A DNA stretch of 64,000 nt, taken from positions 14,446,001 to 14,510,000 of the forward strand of contig NC_087248.1 of NCBI RefSeq assembly GCF_037042905.1, in the 5' to 3' direction. Under the pieces are notes generated by a model. It saw nothing but the letters and a program-made list of their open reading frames with translations, had not been told where the DNA came from and searched no databases. Positions 11,631 through 25,380 of this stretch are shown piece after piece; within the stretch, counting starts at the first letter, position 1, and each line of letters starts with the position of its first letter. The DNA is from Lytechinus pictus. Its lineage: Eukaryota. Made by a program: the position numbers and the translations under genes.

Positions 11631-14352
11631 CTGATATGCCCTTTAATTTGAGTTTTCAATTTGTGCTGTATTATAGAAATGACCCGACAGTTGTGCTAAA
11701 ATCTGATCAAAAATTTAAAGCATGCAGCTACCATGGTTGAAACGAAATGGAGCAGGGTCATTATGCATTAAGAATTTATAGTTATGGTAACTTGGCTATT
11801 CGATGTATTATTAACTCCATGTACATGTAACAGGACTCGGCAGCATATCAAACAAGGTTTCCATGCCCCAATAATTAAAAGGCACAGTTTGGTACAGCAA
11901 ACAATTACAAGACATACAATTAATTTCACGGTATAAAGTTGAATTGTTATTGATGTCCCCAATTAAAATGTGCATGAATACCTTTTAAGCAGTGAAGCCC
12001 TAGACTACAAAAGATCTTCCATATTTTTATGTGGTCTCCATTTTCTTGTAGTGCAGGATACTCAGAGTGGCTGTACCTTGAGGATTGTAAATGAAACTGT
12101 AAAGTCTTAATTTTCTGATTCATTTTAAATTCTTAATTGTCTGATTTCATTTGAATTTGTGTGTGTAGATGTACAGAAGTGATTATCATTGTACATATTT
12201 CCATTAATAAACATCACTACAGCAGACATCCATGAAAATGGTTGATTTTGTCATGTCTATTGAGCAAATGCATGAATGAAAGAGGAAATCAATTCACAAA
12301 TCTATATATAATTTTAATTTGATTGACAAAACATATATGTAACATACATTTTTCTTGGAGGTTGGAAGATAAATCAATAATTATAATTGAATAAATATAA
12401 ATGTATAAGAGTTTCACCTCTGATTATGATACAATTGAAAATCCGTTTCAATAATCTAAATCATTCACTTTGGAAGAGATTAGCTACCAAATCCTCTGAA
12501 GTTTGGAAGAGAAAATCTGTCTCCTATCTGATTTTAGAAAACAAAAATTACAATTTGTGAAGACTTGTCTTCACGACATTCGTTAACATCCATTTGACCT
12601 TTTTTAAATCTTAGCTGTAACTTTGTCAGTGACATGTTGTATAAACGAAGCCCTGTGAACAATTGCACCTGAAAATCAGTATTTAGTCATTCAAAAATTG
12701 AAAATTCGCCAAAGGACCAAACATATCATCCCAATTCATTCCATATACTGCATGTGTTTTTACAATTATAACCTCTGGCAGAGAAATTAGACTTTTTCTT
12801 CATAGCTGTTTCATCCAATCCATATGATAAGTACATGACATATACAACACATGACAAAGTTCAGGATTTCGTTCACAAGACCTTTGTCATATCCAATGTT
12901 TTTAACCCAATCAGTGAATAAAAATCCACAACAGTTGACTGTTCCAAAAGTCAATATGGTTGGATCATAAGGTGTGCAGAAGGCTTCATTTTCTTGAACT
13001 GTATTGCTTGACAAAAAATGAAAATCAAGAAAAAATATATTCTGGTACACTTCATGCTCTCAGCAGACTATAAATACTGTACATATGAAATACATTCTTG
13101 AAAAAAAAACAATCTAGAAGATCATTAAATAGCACAAATATTTATGGTGGGTTTAAATAGAAAGAAGACGATTTCAATAACCTGTTCGCTACACATCTGT
13201 GACTAAGTTTCAAGGGCCTTAACATCCCAACTTTATCATTCCAATCATTGAAGTGGCCATTGACTCTTCTTTGGATACAATTAAAAATCCATAGAAAATC
13301 CTTAGTAAAACCATAGTAAAAATTCAATTTTGAATTTTTAAGGTATCTAGCACTCTCTTCTGGAATGTTTTTGTTTTTCTTCAAACATGGCTCATTGAAC
13401 ACTTACTAGACAAATGGTGTCAAAGAGGATATTGCCTGACAAAAATGCATGTATGTTTCAGGATATACCATTACTAAAAAAGTAGCCACGAATCTACTGG
13501 CCTGTGGTGACCTGACTAAAACTAGTACAGGCTAACTACCCAGGGGACGTGGAAGCAGGGCACTTTTTTTGCATGGTCAGCCCCCCACTTTGAAAACTAT
13601 TCCACGGCCCCTGCTACCTATAGGGTTTTCAAAGTTGAATAACATTGACCAAGTCAGTTGAGTTCTGTTATTTATGGTAATTTCTAACTGGGGCTTCAAG
13701 TATGCTTAACAAAAGATAAAGTATGAACTGACATGGCAATGCACTTGGCTCATTGCATGATCAAATGAAGAGGTTTTTATCCCTATTTTATAAAGCTGGG
13801 GTATTGTTCTGAGGTGGAATTCATCCATGAGACTTGATGTTCCCTGGTCGGCTTTAGTCATCTCATGCTGCACCTTCTGGAATGTTCAGGCATACTCTAT
13901 TCCTAACAAGATGGCCAAGAATGGACTGTACATGGTGTGAGGTGTGCTGCCATTGGTTCTACAAAAAGCAGTTCAGAATTCATGAACCACAACAAGATGA
14001 ACTGTTGGAATGATGATAATACAAACAAAAGGCCAAGAATACAGTGTTCTGGAGTCAGTGTGAGGTGTGCTGCTCATTAAAGCTAATACAAGGGACCATG
14101 TTTCCTTGATACAGTCAATGCTCTAGTAAACACATGCTGCATTACGTGGAATGCTGTAAGGATACTCCATAATCCCAAAGATGGCTAAGAATACAGTGTT
14201 CGGAGTCGGTGGGATGTTGCAACAGAAATACATGGAGAATGCATACTGATGATCGAGTTCTCACTGTTCAATTCATCCTTTCAAAACAAATCCTTAGAGA
14301 TGGTCAGTACCTCAGCATCTTGGGACAGGTGACAGCATGTCTCCTGGAACAC

Positions 14353-17300
14353 TCAGAATACACCAGGAAATGGTGCTGACCCTACAGTGTTGATGCTCTT
14401 CCAGATGGCTCTGCAAAGGGAAAATGAGATCATTTGTTTAAAAACATACTGTAAGATAACATTACAAGTGTATGGTAGTAGTAGTAGTAGTAATCCAATG
14501 TCTTGACTCCAGCTTTGTTCCCACGGGCGGAGGTGGCTAAATTTACCTCATGTGGAGTTGCCCTTAGGTAACTTGTCAAAAGTAAAAACTGCATCTTTCA
14601 ACCAACATCATATGTAAATTTCAACCAACATCATAGACAAAAGAATTGGGAATGCAGGAAAGCCAAGATGAAAAGACGTAAAGTGTCTTTATAGTTGGAT
14701 TTCAGCCAAAAGATGCAGCACAGACTTTTTACAAGGTACCTTATCCCCTCCCCTATGACTTTGCCCAATACAAAGTATCCTCCATCCTCATTCCAAGCCT
14801 ATTGCTCTCCTATAATTTCTTTTTAAAATATTGAAATATAGAAAAAGAGAAAATAAGTGTATCGCTAACCAATTTCCACTCAACACCCCCAGAACCAGGA
14901 AACCAAATTGCAGGATACTGCTCTCGAACTTACATATAGTTACAAATCCCAGTTCAAGATCAAGAATTTTTCTACTAGATTATTTTCCAATGATAATATG
15001 TGGAGCATCGTTGCCCAGTGAATTAGTTTCCAGACTTTGAAACAGGGTCGTGGATTTGTATCTCAGCCAAGCATAATTAACTTCAGCAAGAAATTAAACC
15101 ACATGGTGATGCACTCGATCCTGGGGAGGTAAATGTGTACCTTGCAACGCTCAAAGCGCGTAATAGTATGTTGGCTAAGCCTTAAGGCCAGCCGCCAGGG
15201 ATAAAGAAGGATTAGGTGCTATATAAACAAGTATAAACATATTGGTGGCTCAAATAGAAGCAGCACGTTGCCGTTGGCTGTGATAATCCCGTAAATTGAC
15301 CTTTTATGAAATCATCGCAGGTCAGGGTTGGGCTCAATTACTTCAATTACGTTATTGTAATTGAAGAAATGTTCAACTATGATAACTTTTCCATTCAATT
15401 ACATTTTTTTCAATTACAATTGCCAATTACTTTTGTCAATTACATTTACTATTCAATTACTTTCTAAAAAGCCATAAATTAAATCAATCTATACTTTGTA
15501 TGTAGCGCACCCATTTCAACATTATTTCAAGCTAGAGAGAAACTGACAAAAGGAATATTTAGTTTAGAGAGCATTGATCCTGCCTAACCTGCCTATCGCT
15601 CCCTTTAATGCTAAAATTAATTGACATTCTCAAAAATATGTAGATTTGCATGCTTCATTTGTAAAAATCATATCGTACAACATGTAAACTTAAAGCCTGG
15701 CTCACACTATGCGATCTGATTGAACGCAATTTTTCAAGAATCTCATTTTGCATTAAATATGAAAGTTCTAAGAAGTAAATTTATTTTATTTAACTCTTTG
15801 CCCGCCACGGACGACTCGCGGCACATACAGCGGACTGCCAACGACGACTCAAGTCACAGTTCGCACACAATGCATACGGAACGCATTTAATTGTAATTGT
15901 GTGCACACACATACAATAGCGACGCGTGTATTGCATTGTTTACGAATCTAGCTTTCGTGTTATAGCTTTCGCCGACGTTGTTTACATAGAGATTTTTCGC
16001 GTAAAATTGAGTTTTTTTAACTGCTTTAGGATATATTTCGATGAGTTTTCAATAGCTTGCACTGCTTTCCTTGTAATAAAAGAATGATACAAATTGCCAC
16101 CTCCCTATAACAATAAGGGGATCAAAGTATCAATAGATGGGAAGTCTCCCAGGACGGGAAGTCTATTGAGAAGTAGCCAGGGTCAATTTCAATAGAAGAG
16201 TTTAGTTCATTGTCAGTTTACTCTTTTTAAATGCCCCATTTCAATCCTAAACTGCTTAGCTCATAGTGACCATAAAGACATGGATTTGGTATGTAATGAA
16301 AGCTAAAGAACACATCTTTTCAATGGACTAACTTAGAAATTTAACCTTCATTAGGAAGTATTAAATATAAGAGACCTGTACAAAATACCCTCCTAAACGA
16401 AAAATTGGAAACAGAATGTAAAGTTAAAATTCTCAAAATTTATGATTTTATACATAGCAATAATGATACCATTGGCAAGAGTATTAATTTCTCTAAAACT
16501 TTGCTACACAATTTTTTTCAATACGACAAACCAGTAAAAAGTTATTGCGAGTTGAATAAGACAGTGCACGCAAACCCCCTCTGAATGTGGCACCCCAAAA
16601 TTAATGTGGCGCAGGGGGGATAGTGTACGTGGCGTGCAAAGAGTTAAAGTTTGGCATATTAGGAAACTAAAATGATATTTTTACTTTTCGACAAGCCCTA
16701 TGGTTGGAGTATAGTCCAAATCGGCTTCAAGTTGCAGCTAATGATGATGTCATTACGATTTGGAATTGAATTTGTTTTTATTTATTCAGGGAGGCTCTAA
16801 CTGGACTGAATTTCGATTTCAGTAGTCCGACCACTATTCTGAACCCTGATCCGTAATATTTTATTAGTTGGATTATCCATATCAAATGTTATCACAATTA
16901 ATTTGAAATTCGGATCGCAACGAACCGCATAGTGTGAGACGCACTTAAAGGGAAAAGAGAAATAAGCAATCCAGAATAAATTGAGTAATAAAAGTTATGT
17001 ATTGAATGTAATTAAAAGTAATTGACAGTAATTTAAATTAAATTTCAATTACAATTACAATTACTTTCCCTTTAAAAATTTGGAAATGACATAACTGATC
17101 AATTACTTTGTAATTGAGCCCAACCCTGTTGCAGGTTGTTACTTGCAAAAGGTCGGCTCGACCATCTGAGAACATCCCTTAAATTTATACTTTTTTAAAA
17201 TCATTAGACTAATATGTAGGCTAATATTGTCAGTCCTTGTACTCATAAACCCTGACCATTCATGAAAATAACCCCCTTTATTCATAAAATGGTGAACCTA

Positions 17301-20300
17301 TCCTTTTGTGATTCACGGATGTGGTTTATCGTAACCTGAAAGAATGGATGAATGATTTGATAATCATAATAAGCTAATGGTAACTCACCTTATATCTGTA
17401 TCTGGTGCATCATATCTCTCAAGAAGCTTATCGACGTCCACCCCAAGACCCTGCAATGAAAAGATTAATACATTAGTGACCACGTAATAAAATGAAATGC
17501 ATATATCTGAACAAATGCCTATAAAAATAAGTGAGAAGAGAGAAAAAAAATTCACTCATTCTAAAACAGATCTGCGCTTTTCACATAAGATATCTATTAA
17601 ATCTGACTTCTACATATTCACAATTTGTATTTTTGCTTTAATAGATTTGACCCAAATGACTAAAAAAAAAAAGCAATAGATAATTAGGGAGTGTAGTCTT
17701 TTGAATTCCTTCCATATTGACAATGATTTGTCATCTCATACTTCATTCACTAGATTTTAATATATGCTTTGTGATAATATTTACTGAGCTGTTATTTCTT
17801 TAGTTGTGCTTTTCAGCTCGTTTTATACAAATGCTTGATATTTTACCTTAAGGAAACTAATACAGAACGTCATGAAGTACCAAAGAGAAGGCTTGTTATA
17901 AATACTTTCACATACTAGTCAATCGGGGGTAGCGCCAGGGTATTTTGATTAGTGGAGCAAGATCAACCATAGCTGATTATTTTCCCCCTTATGTGGATTA
18001 CAGCCTTTGGGAAATATAGACTTACAAAATCCAGGCCTCTCTTTTGTCCACACTTCTTTCACCCCTTTTCTTTCTCTCTCTCTCTCTCTTTCTTTCTCTT
18101 CAGAATCACAAAAAAATAATCACCTGTATTGTCTTCTCCAAGTACTCATTGGTTGATAGTAGTTTCAACACCTCAGCCTCAGTATCCCTCAAACAGCCTT
18201 CCATGTGATCGCAGATAGACCGAGGAACATGATGCTTGTGGAGGTCCTCGGTCAGCTCCTCTATCTCTTCCTGCAAGGCCAGGATCTCGTTATGGTATTC
18301 CAGGACCTGATCGCCATGGCCCAGGACTATGTGCTCCTCCTTGGAATTAGCACTCTTGGCGTAGGGGTCAGTGTTGACAATGACTTGCGGGAGACGGGCA
18401 ACTGCGTATTGCTCTTGTCGCAGTTTCTCACGTAACCTGATTATGATTAGTAAATTAGTCAAGTTTAAATTTTATATGTAATGTATTGTCCTAAGTACAG
18501 GGATATTTTGCATTTTTTTTCATAAACTGTATAACAAATGGTACAGATAAATACAAATTGAGTTTCAAATACTTATCCACTTCAAGCATATAAACGTAAG
18601 CAATAAAGATCAATTTAAAACATAATTAACACAAGAAAAATATTAAGAGGAATATTTGCAAAGATGTCAACCTTTTTAAATGCATATGTATATGAGCATA
18701 TTTAGGTTATGAAGTGGGTGTACTGGGTTGTAAAACAAAAAGTTTTTACCCTATTTTTTTTTCTTTTTTTTTCAAGCAAATAAGCAAAACATTTGTAAAA
18801 ACATAGTACAATCTTTTTCAAAAAGAGAATTTCACAACTATTATCATAGAGCGATCAGAATTATACGCTGAAACAAAATCATACAGTAATGATTTTAAGT
18901 AATGATTTTATTAAAAACCTATTAAAAGACAGTATCACGATAATCAATGACAAATTCCACTCTACTCAAGTCAAGACCAAAAACCAAACAAGCATGACGT
19001 TTATTCAAAATAATTCAAAATGAAACTGATAGACTGGTGACTTACATTCCACTACAAGTTGGGCAAAATTGTAATGTTTCTATTTGACTTGGATTCCTCT
19101 TCAAATTATATCATCGTTACCTTTCATTCTCTTCAAGCAGATCTTTGGTCTGTTTCTCCATCTTCTTCACCACTTCTTGACCAATGGTCAGCTCACCAGG
19201 CAGGACCACACCACTAGCGGTCAGTCCTCTGACCTGTTGGCTTAGGATCTCACTGTGTTTGTGAGGCTGTGTGTCCAGTAGGGACCCCATGTACAGGTCA
19301 AACTCACTCTACATTGGGGAAAGAACATAGCAAAGAAAAGAATATTGAACTGAAACAGAACTGAAACTGAAAAAATGTGGTCTTAATTGTCATGACTGTT
19401 GAAGCAATACTACATGCACTGTTGTTATTGTTGTAGCAATAATACTATTTTCTAACAAAAATGAAAATTGCTGCCATTGTTGTTGTTGGTGCTGTTGTTG
19501 TTGTTGTTGTTGCAGTTGCTGTTGTTGTTGAAGTTGTTGAAGCAATACTTATATTTTTTTTTTAATGAAGTAAAAATATGTCTCAAATAAATCATTAGAC
19601 AAAATAGCAAAGAGGATATAAGATTTTATTCCTTCCCCGTCTCAGTCAGTCATGCCCATCTATCCAGAACTTTTTTCTGATGGGCAAGTTTTTTCCCCTT
19701 TTTCTTTATCTAAGACTGGACACCCCAATGATTTCAAGACTATGGTTATGGGTTTAAATTTCCACTTCCATACAATTATCCATGCATTTAAAAAAAACAT
19801 TCATAATTTACAGGTTTTAGCAGAACATGTACTACAAAGAAAGAGTATACAAAGCAATACTTTTGCTTGGTTGTAAATTCCTACTCAAGCAAAGTGTCTT
19901 AAGTGACCAATAAGCCTGCTTCCTGTAGCCCTTCATCTATGATAGATCTTACCTTGATGTCTTGGAGAACCCTTGCAAAGGTAGGTGTTTCTTCTATGAG
20001 TTCATCCCAGACATCACTGTAGATCTGCAACCGATGGAAGTTGGGTGCACTGAACCTCGTCTCAACACTCAGCTCCTGCAGTTTCTACAAGTTGGATGTT
20101 CAATCAAAATTTATATTTCAAATCAGATAATCAATGATACTTGCATCAGATAACAAGTACCTATTGGCATATAAAGAAGAAACACTATCCAGAAGATATC
20201 TGATATGAAGCCAAGTGAATCATTTGATAAAATGTTCACTAATTTGAAGGAAATAATAATGCCAAACATTTGACTTCATCTTGATTTTCAAATATCACTT

Positions 20301-22059
20301 CTGAGCAAAGAAGGTAAGAAAACAGATTCTCAATAGTTAAATGCATCTATAAAATAAAATGAGCTACAGTTTGAATAATCATGAAAGTAGTTTCTATCCT
20401 TTTTCAATTGCAAATCCTTTCTGGTGTCCCTCACCTCATATAATTTTCTCTCCAAATGTTCAACTGCCTTTCTTCCTGTTAAGACCCCTTTCTCATACAT
20501 CTCTTCTTTCCTAAGTACATTCTTCTGAAAGTCCAGAAACCTATTCAGCTGATCTTTTTTGGTTATTCCAGCCAGATGACTTTGTACGAATTGTTGCTTA
20601 TGCAAGTCCCTCCCTCCAGCGCTCCTATCCTCCCTCTTCTCGAATGGAGGCAGCCTGTGAGGGGGAGACTGAGTCCGCGAGATCCCCCGGGTTGTTTTTT
20701 GTCGAGAGACTGGGAGCATGATTTCGGGCATGGCCAGCTCTTCAATGCAAACACCATCGTCAATGTACGAAGCTGGGGAATCCACCCTGGCATCTGAATT
20801 GGATGCTCCATGGGATCGGGCTCTGCTAGCAAAGCGAGGACTACTGGAGGATGTTTTTGCCGTTCTCTGGTCCGTTAGCAAGTCCGCTGGGGTGGGGTGG
20901 GGCATGCTCCCTGCTGTCCCAGTGCTGAAGTGATATAAGGCCTGTACCATTTCTTCTTCTTTACTCTGTAAGAGGAAAGGCCAAAATACATTGCTATGTA
21001 GGTAATGAACATGTTGAATGTTTTGTTACAAATATTGCTTTATCAAGGCAAATTTTGTCACTTTCTGGTGTGAGTCATTTTGCATAATGTACATAAAATG
21101 AAATGTTATTTATTTCATAATTATAATCAGGTGCATTCTCTGAAATTTGGTATAAAGCATGCATCTGTGGTAGATGCTGGATTTTGTTTTTCCATGGATG
21201 AAATAAAGACACCTACATGTAATTCCAATTAACATTATGGCCTCACAAGTACTCTGTAAGATTCCCATCCATTTCCAGACCTGCCAACCAGTACGTTTTA
21301 GCCGTATTTAGTACGTTTTTGCAACCAAAATACGGCAGTACGTTTTTTCTTTGAAAAATACGTTTTTTTTTGTTTTTTTTTAACTAAATCGTAATTTATT
21401 GAGAAAAATAATCTCTATATGTCTCTATTTCATAAAACGTGCACAAATATGGTTATTAGATCAATGTAATTTCAGGTAACTTGTTTTTTTTTCAATCATT
21501 TTGTTCAAACCAGGGTGAAGATATACACATGTTTTAATGGGTTTTTTTTCATCTGCAAGAGCAGTGCGCATTTTAGCTTGCATGCAGCTTGAGCGCCGCG
21601 ATGAGCGAGTGCGCCAAGCATTTTATTATGAAATACACTTTTTGGGGGGAAAAATACATTTTTTTTTTATCACAGAATACAGTTTTTCATTCCCAGAGGT
21701 TGGCAGGTCTGCATTTCTCCTCTGACAAAAAGCAATAAGGCTTTATTATATTGAGTTGTAAGGAATAATTGTTTCCTAGTTCATTGATATTACTTCATAT
21801 TTACCTGAGCCCTTCTTGGTGAAGGTAGCTTGCTCGGAGCAAGCAGCAGGGGTACTTCCTTGCCTGAGCTCTCCCAGGGCTTGTGGGTTGCCAGCTCGGG
21901 GGGCTTCGCAAGGCGGTTGTGATTCAGGTGACCCTTGGTTCGAAGTAAGATGTCATACTTCTGCTCCTGAAAGATGCCCTCCATGACATCTCTCAGTGGG
22001 CGGGAACTGACCCCCGCTGGAGGGAGTGGCCCTTCTAGATCCTCTTGCTTTGTTGCCAT
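14353..22059 (-). CDS. C6orf118-like protein with TSNAXIP1 N-terminal-type domain and coiled coil (~512 aa, 7 coding exons)
   Basis: Exons (minus) 22059-21805, 20965-20435, 20084-19953, 19308-19121, 18436-18124, 17450-17389, 14410-14353; GT-AG, phases consistent, total 1539 nt. Motifs GHLNHNRL, LAGITKKDQL..FLDFQKNVL and RLQIYSDVWDELI..F..VL.DIKSEFDLY recall C6orf118. An acceptor 2 nt before the ATG implies an upstream non-coding exon. Confidence 0.8.
14999..15230 (+). mobile_element. Degenerate tRNA-derived SINE copy
   Basis: Shares cagcaagaaatt..ccaca...tgcactcga.cc.gg.gaggtaaatg.gtacc with the SINE at 43618-43857. Confidence 0.6.
15694..16945. mobile_element. Harbinger-like element (TAA TSD) nested in the hAT-like element
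   Basis: TAA|AGCCTGGCTCACACTATGCG ... CGCATAGTGTGAGACGCACT|TAA. Confidence 0.75.
15794..16643. mobile_element. piggyBac-like non-autonomous element (TTAA TSD), innermost of the triple nest
   Basis: TTAA|CTCTTTGCCCGCCACG ... CGTGGCGTGCAAAGAG|TTAA. Confidence 0.8.
19477..19539. repeat. (GTT)n microsatellite
   Basis: Imperfect gtt/gct run. Confidence 0.85.
21276..21711. mobile_element. MITE with CAGACCTGCCAACC TIRs and 6-bp TSD (CATTTC)
   Basis: Perfect 14-bp TIR; CATTTC at 21270-21275 and 21712-21717. Confidence 0.85.
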
Positions 22060-25000
22060 TGCTATTATAAAGACCAATGATAGTCCCGTTGGATGCTCAT
22101 TACAAATGCTCTTTATTTAGGAAGGCCGTAGAATGTTTAGAAGGTTTGATTATGAAATAAAACAGAATTTTTAAATGTATCAAATAGTGAAAAAGACATC
22201 TAAAAACAATGATAAATTATAACGAAGATTGACATCATCATTAATAATATTATCAACATAAATTCATTATGAAATTTGATTTATTCAAAATAATTCATAA
22301 AGTAGAAGTTTTAGTAGTAGTTGTAGTAATAGCATTTATCATAACCATACATAAGTATGACTAAGCCATTGCAACTGGCAGCCTACAGACTTGAGGAGCT
22401 GCATACAAAATGTTGCTAAGAAATCTTCCACAGAACTTTGAAAATCTAAGTCAAAGTCGCATTTAAGTTTAACACCAATGAAATACCCTTCTACAGTCCA
22501 TATTGCTAAAATCTTGTGTACCCTGATTATTTGCAAGCATTCGAAGGAGCAATTATGACCTCTCTTTAGACTAAAAAAAACAGAATTTTGAATTATTAAA
22601 TACACACAAAAACCCATAGGTGAGTACATTGCCGTCCCACATGTGCATTTGTATGTGTGTTGATACTTAGTTTCTTTCGCAGCTGTCTTTTCTAGCCAAA
22701 ATCAAACAGATAATTTCTTTCTTTATTGTTTATTAAATGACTTTTGAACCCACTCTTGAGAAATTAAATACTTTGGGAAGGCATTTCATTGATATGAAAT
22801 GTGGATTTTCCAACATTTTGGCAAATATAGGGAAGGGCTTTTCTCACAATTTTTATTCCAGGTAGGAACTTTTTTGCCATTCCCTTATTGTTATTTTTTC
22901 TCTTTCATTTTTTTTGACAGTGGTTAAGCTCTTTATACCTCTTCCCATTGACTTTGCCTGACTAAAGAATATGTTGCTACTGACAAAAAAAATAATAATA
23001 CAAACTAAAGGATATAAAAAATATAAATGCCCTATTCCAAAAAGGCAAGTAAAAGTTATTTGCTTGGCTTTTAATTGCATTCCAGTCAGAATAGACTTTT
23101 GCCACAGCTGTTAAAAAATATTTGTTATGACTTCTTAATTTTTCCCGCTTCTCTTACCCTTTCCCCCATTTTTTTTATTTTTTTTTTATTCATTTTTCTT
23201 TCATGTTCATTTGTTTTTCTTTTTTCTTTTATTTTTTTATTTTTTCCTGTCTCTTTTTTCTTTCTTCATTTATTTTTTTTGGTCTTATTTCACTTCTTTC
23301 TTTAATTATTTTTGTTTTCTTTTTGTATTATATTTTTTGAAAATTATTTTTGTTTGTTACTTTTATGAATTGTTCTAATTTTGCAGCATATTTATCCATG
23401 ATTTTCTCCTGCTATAATATGCTGCAAGGCAGAGAAAACAAAAATAAACTGGATTTGGGCCCTCCATACGCTAGGTTTTGGGATTCAAAGAGAAAGAAAG
23501 GGAAAATTATTGTTTTGTATCTGAATTTGTTATGCATAATTTATTTACTTTACCATTACGAGTGTGTGTCTAGATATTAAGTTTAGATTTTTTTTTTAAG
23601 TCCACACAACCTGGGAACAATATAATTCATTTATTCTCTTTCAATCATTTCATATTTACAATGATAAAACAAATTATATTACCAAAAATCAATTTGCAAA
23701 ATATAAAAACAGCAAACAAGGTTTACATACAAGATACACATAGACATAGTGAAAGTACAAGTAACTTAGTGGTCGTGGCAGCAGAGTTAGTATTTTAGAA
23801 GTTTGTTTTAAACTTTTATTAATTCATTGATAATGTTTTTCTTTATATTATATTATATGAAGATTTTAAAGTTAATGTTGAGCCTTGATATGCAAAATAT
23901 ATTTTAACTTGTTAACTTAGGACTTCAAAACAATTATAAAACATTCCCAATCAATCGTTCATTACTCTCAAGATGTTCATTACTTCTATTTAGGTGATCT
24001 GTCAATTGACAGATCAACTATTAATTTGGTACAAATTCTCTTTTTCATTATTATTTTTTTTTTTTTATTTATATTAGGTGATTTGTTGATCAACAGATCA
24101 ACCATTTATTTTGTAAGAATTTTCTTGTTTATATATTCAATGTAATTTCATTATGTAATGAACTTTTGAGTGGATTGGGCCCTAAAATTTAACAAACGTA
24201 AACTTGAGATCAGTAATATTAGGGTGTCTGAAGCCACACTGAAAAGTGTCAGCATAAAACAGGCTGATTTAGGGGAAAATATGGCACATTTTTTCAGGGA
24301 AGTTCAGGCTACTAGAAAAATGTGATCTGAATTTATTATTAACTTCTGTTTGGCATGTATGGAAAGAGAAAATTCAGGGGCTTCTTTTGACAGTAAGGAC
24401 AAGTTTATGTGATCATTTTAAATAAGGATTTAGAGATAAATTGCAAACCCTTATTTTTGTGTGTGTTGAGATTGCCATTTCTCCATGCGTTTTCTATGGA
24501 AAAATGAAATTTCTGTTTTGCACAATTTTTTTCACTTTGACGCAATTTTTCATTGTGATCTGGTTTCCAAATCTTTATAAAAATCATACCATCAGATAGA
24601 GCATAAAAAATCCTATTGGACTCTTTATGGACAAGTTTTTGGCATTAATAATAAATTTATAACAGCTCTCGGAAGCTAAAACTTTGGATTTGTGTGTGTC
24701 CATTTCTTAACTAGGCCCCTACATGACTATCTATGGCAGAAAAATGCTGAAAATTGACCTAGCCTAGGGTAGGCCTAATTTCATTTTTCTTTTTTGCAGC
24801 CAATAATTTGATTTTTTTCAAAAATGTTACATTTCTGTCAGTCTGAAGGTCATTTCTCGGCATTTCAAATTCACAGAGAAAATGTGATATTTTATTGAAA
24901 TAAGAAAAATAATTTTTTTCTCCAGACACCCAGGCCTAGTACTAGGCCTAGTATTAGTAGTAATATGTCTAGACTAGTCTACAAACAAATAAATGCACGC

Positions 25001-25171
25001 ACGGGACTGGCATTTCTCAAACTGGAATTTGCACATTTAACGTTAGGCTCCTAGCTCCTTGAATTAATGTTAGATGTCTTTCACACAAGAAGATAATAAC
25101 CGAGAAACAGTTCCACAAAATAACTTTCAAACTATTTCTCCAGGAAAAATTGTAAAACTAATCATACTTAC

Positions 25172-25380
25172 AGTAGAAAAGCAATTTTTAGTTCTTGATT
25201 CTGAATTTGTTTACCCTACTCGAGTTGCTATGCTAGTGAACTGTAGATGGCGCTACACAACGAACTTTACATGCTGTCTCGTCGATGTTAAACTTGAAGA
25301 CGAAGCTTGTTGAAGTCGTTGTAATCTTCTATAAAATTTCTCTTTTCACCTTTGCTTTTCCACGACTTGACACATGCAAA
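25172..25380. promoter_or_regulatory. Putative bidirectional promoter / 5' ends of the C6orf118-like gene (-) and CSTF2 (+)
   Basis: Minus-strand donor GTAAGT at 25171-25166 (likely non-coding exon 1) lies ~210 nt from the CSTF2 ATG (25381). The region is CpG-enriched, with AGATGGCGC (YY1/CTCF-like) near 25245 and an RFX half-site-like GTTGCTATG near 25224. Confidence 0.5.

Larger units (their letters stand above)
15323..17128. mobile_element. hAT-like non-autonomous element (8-bp TSD) hosting two nested insertions
   Basis: TIR CAGGGTTGGGCTCAATTAC; TSD tcgcaggt/ttgcaggt; subterminal CAATTAC repeats. Confidence 0.85.

Noticed and set aside
24932-24980. Short perfect palindromes (AGGCCTAGTACTAGGCCT, TAGACTAGTCTA)
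   Set aside because: TAGGCCTA/CTAG-type low-complexity motifs recur throughout the window; no specific function can be supported.
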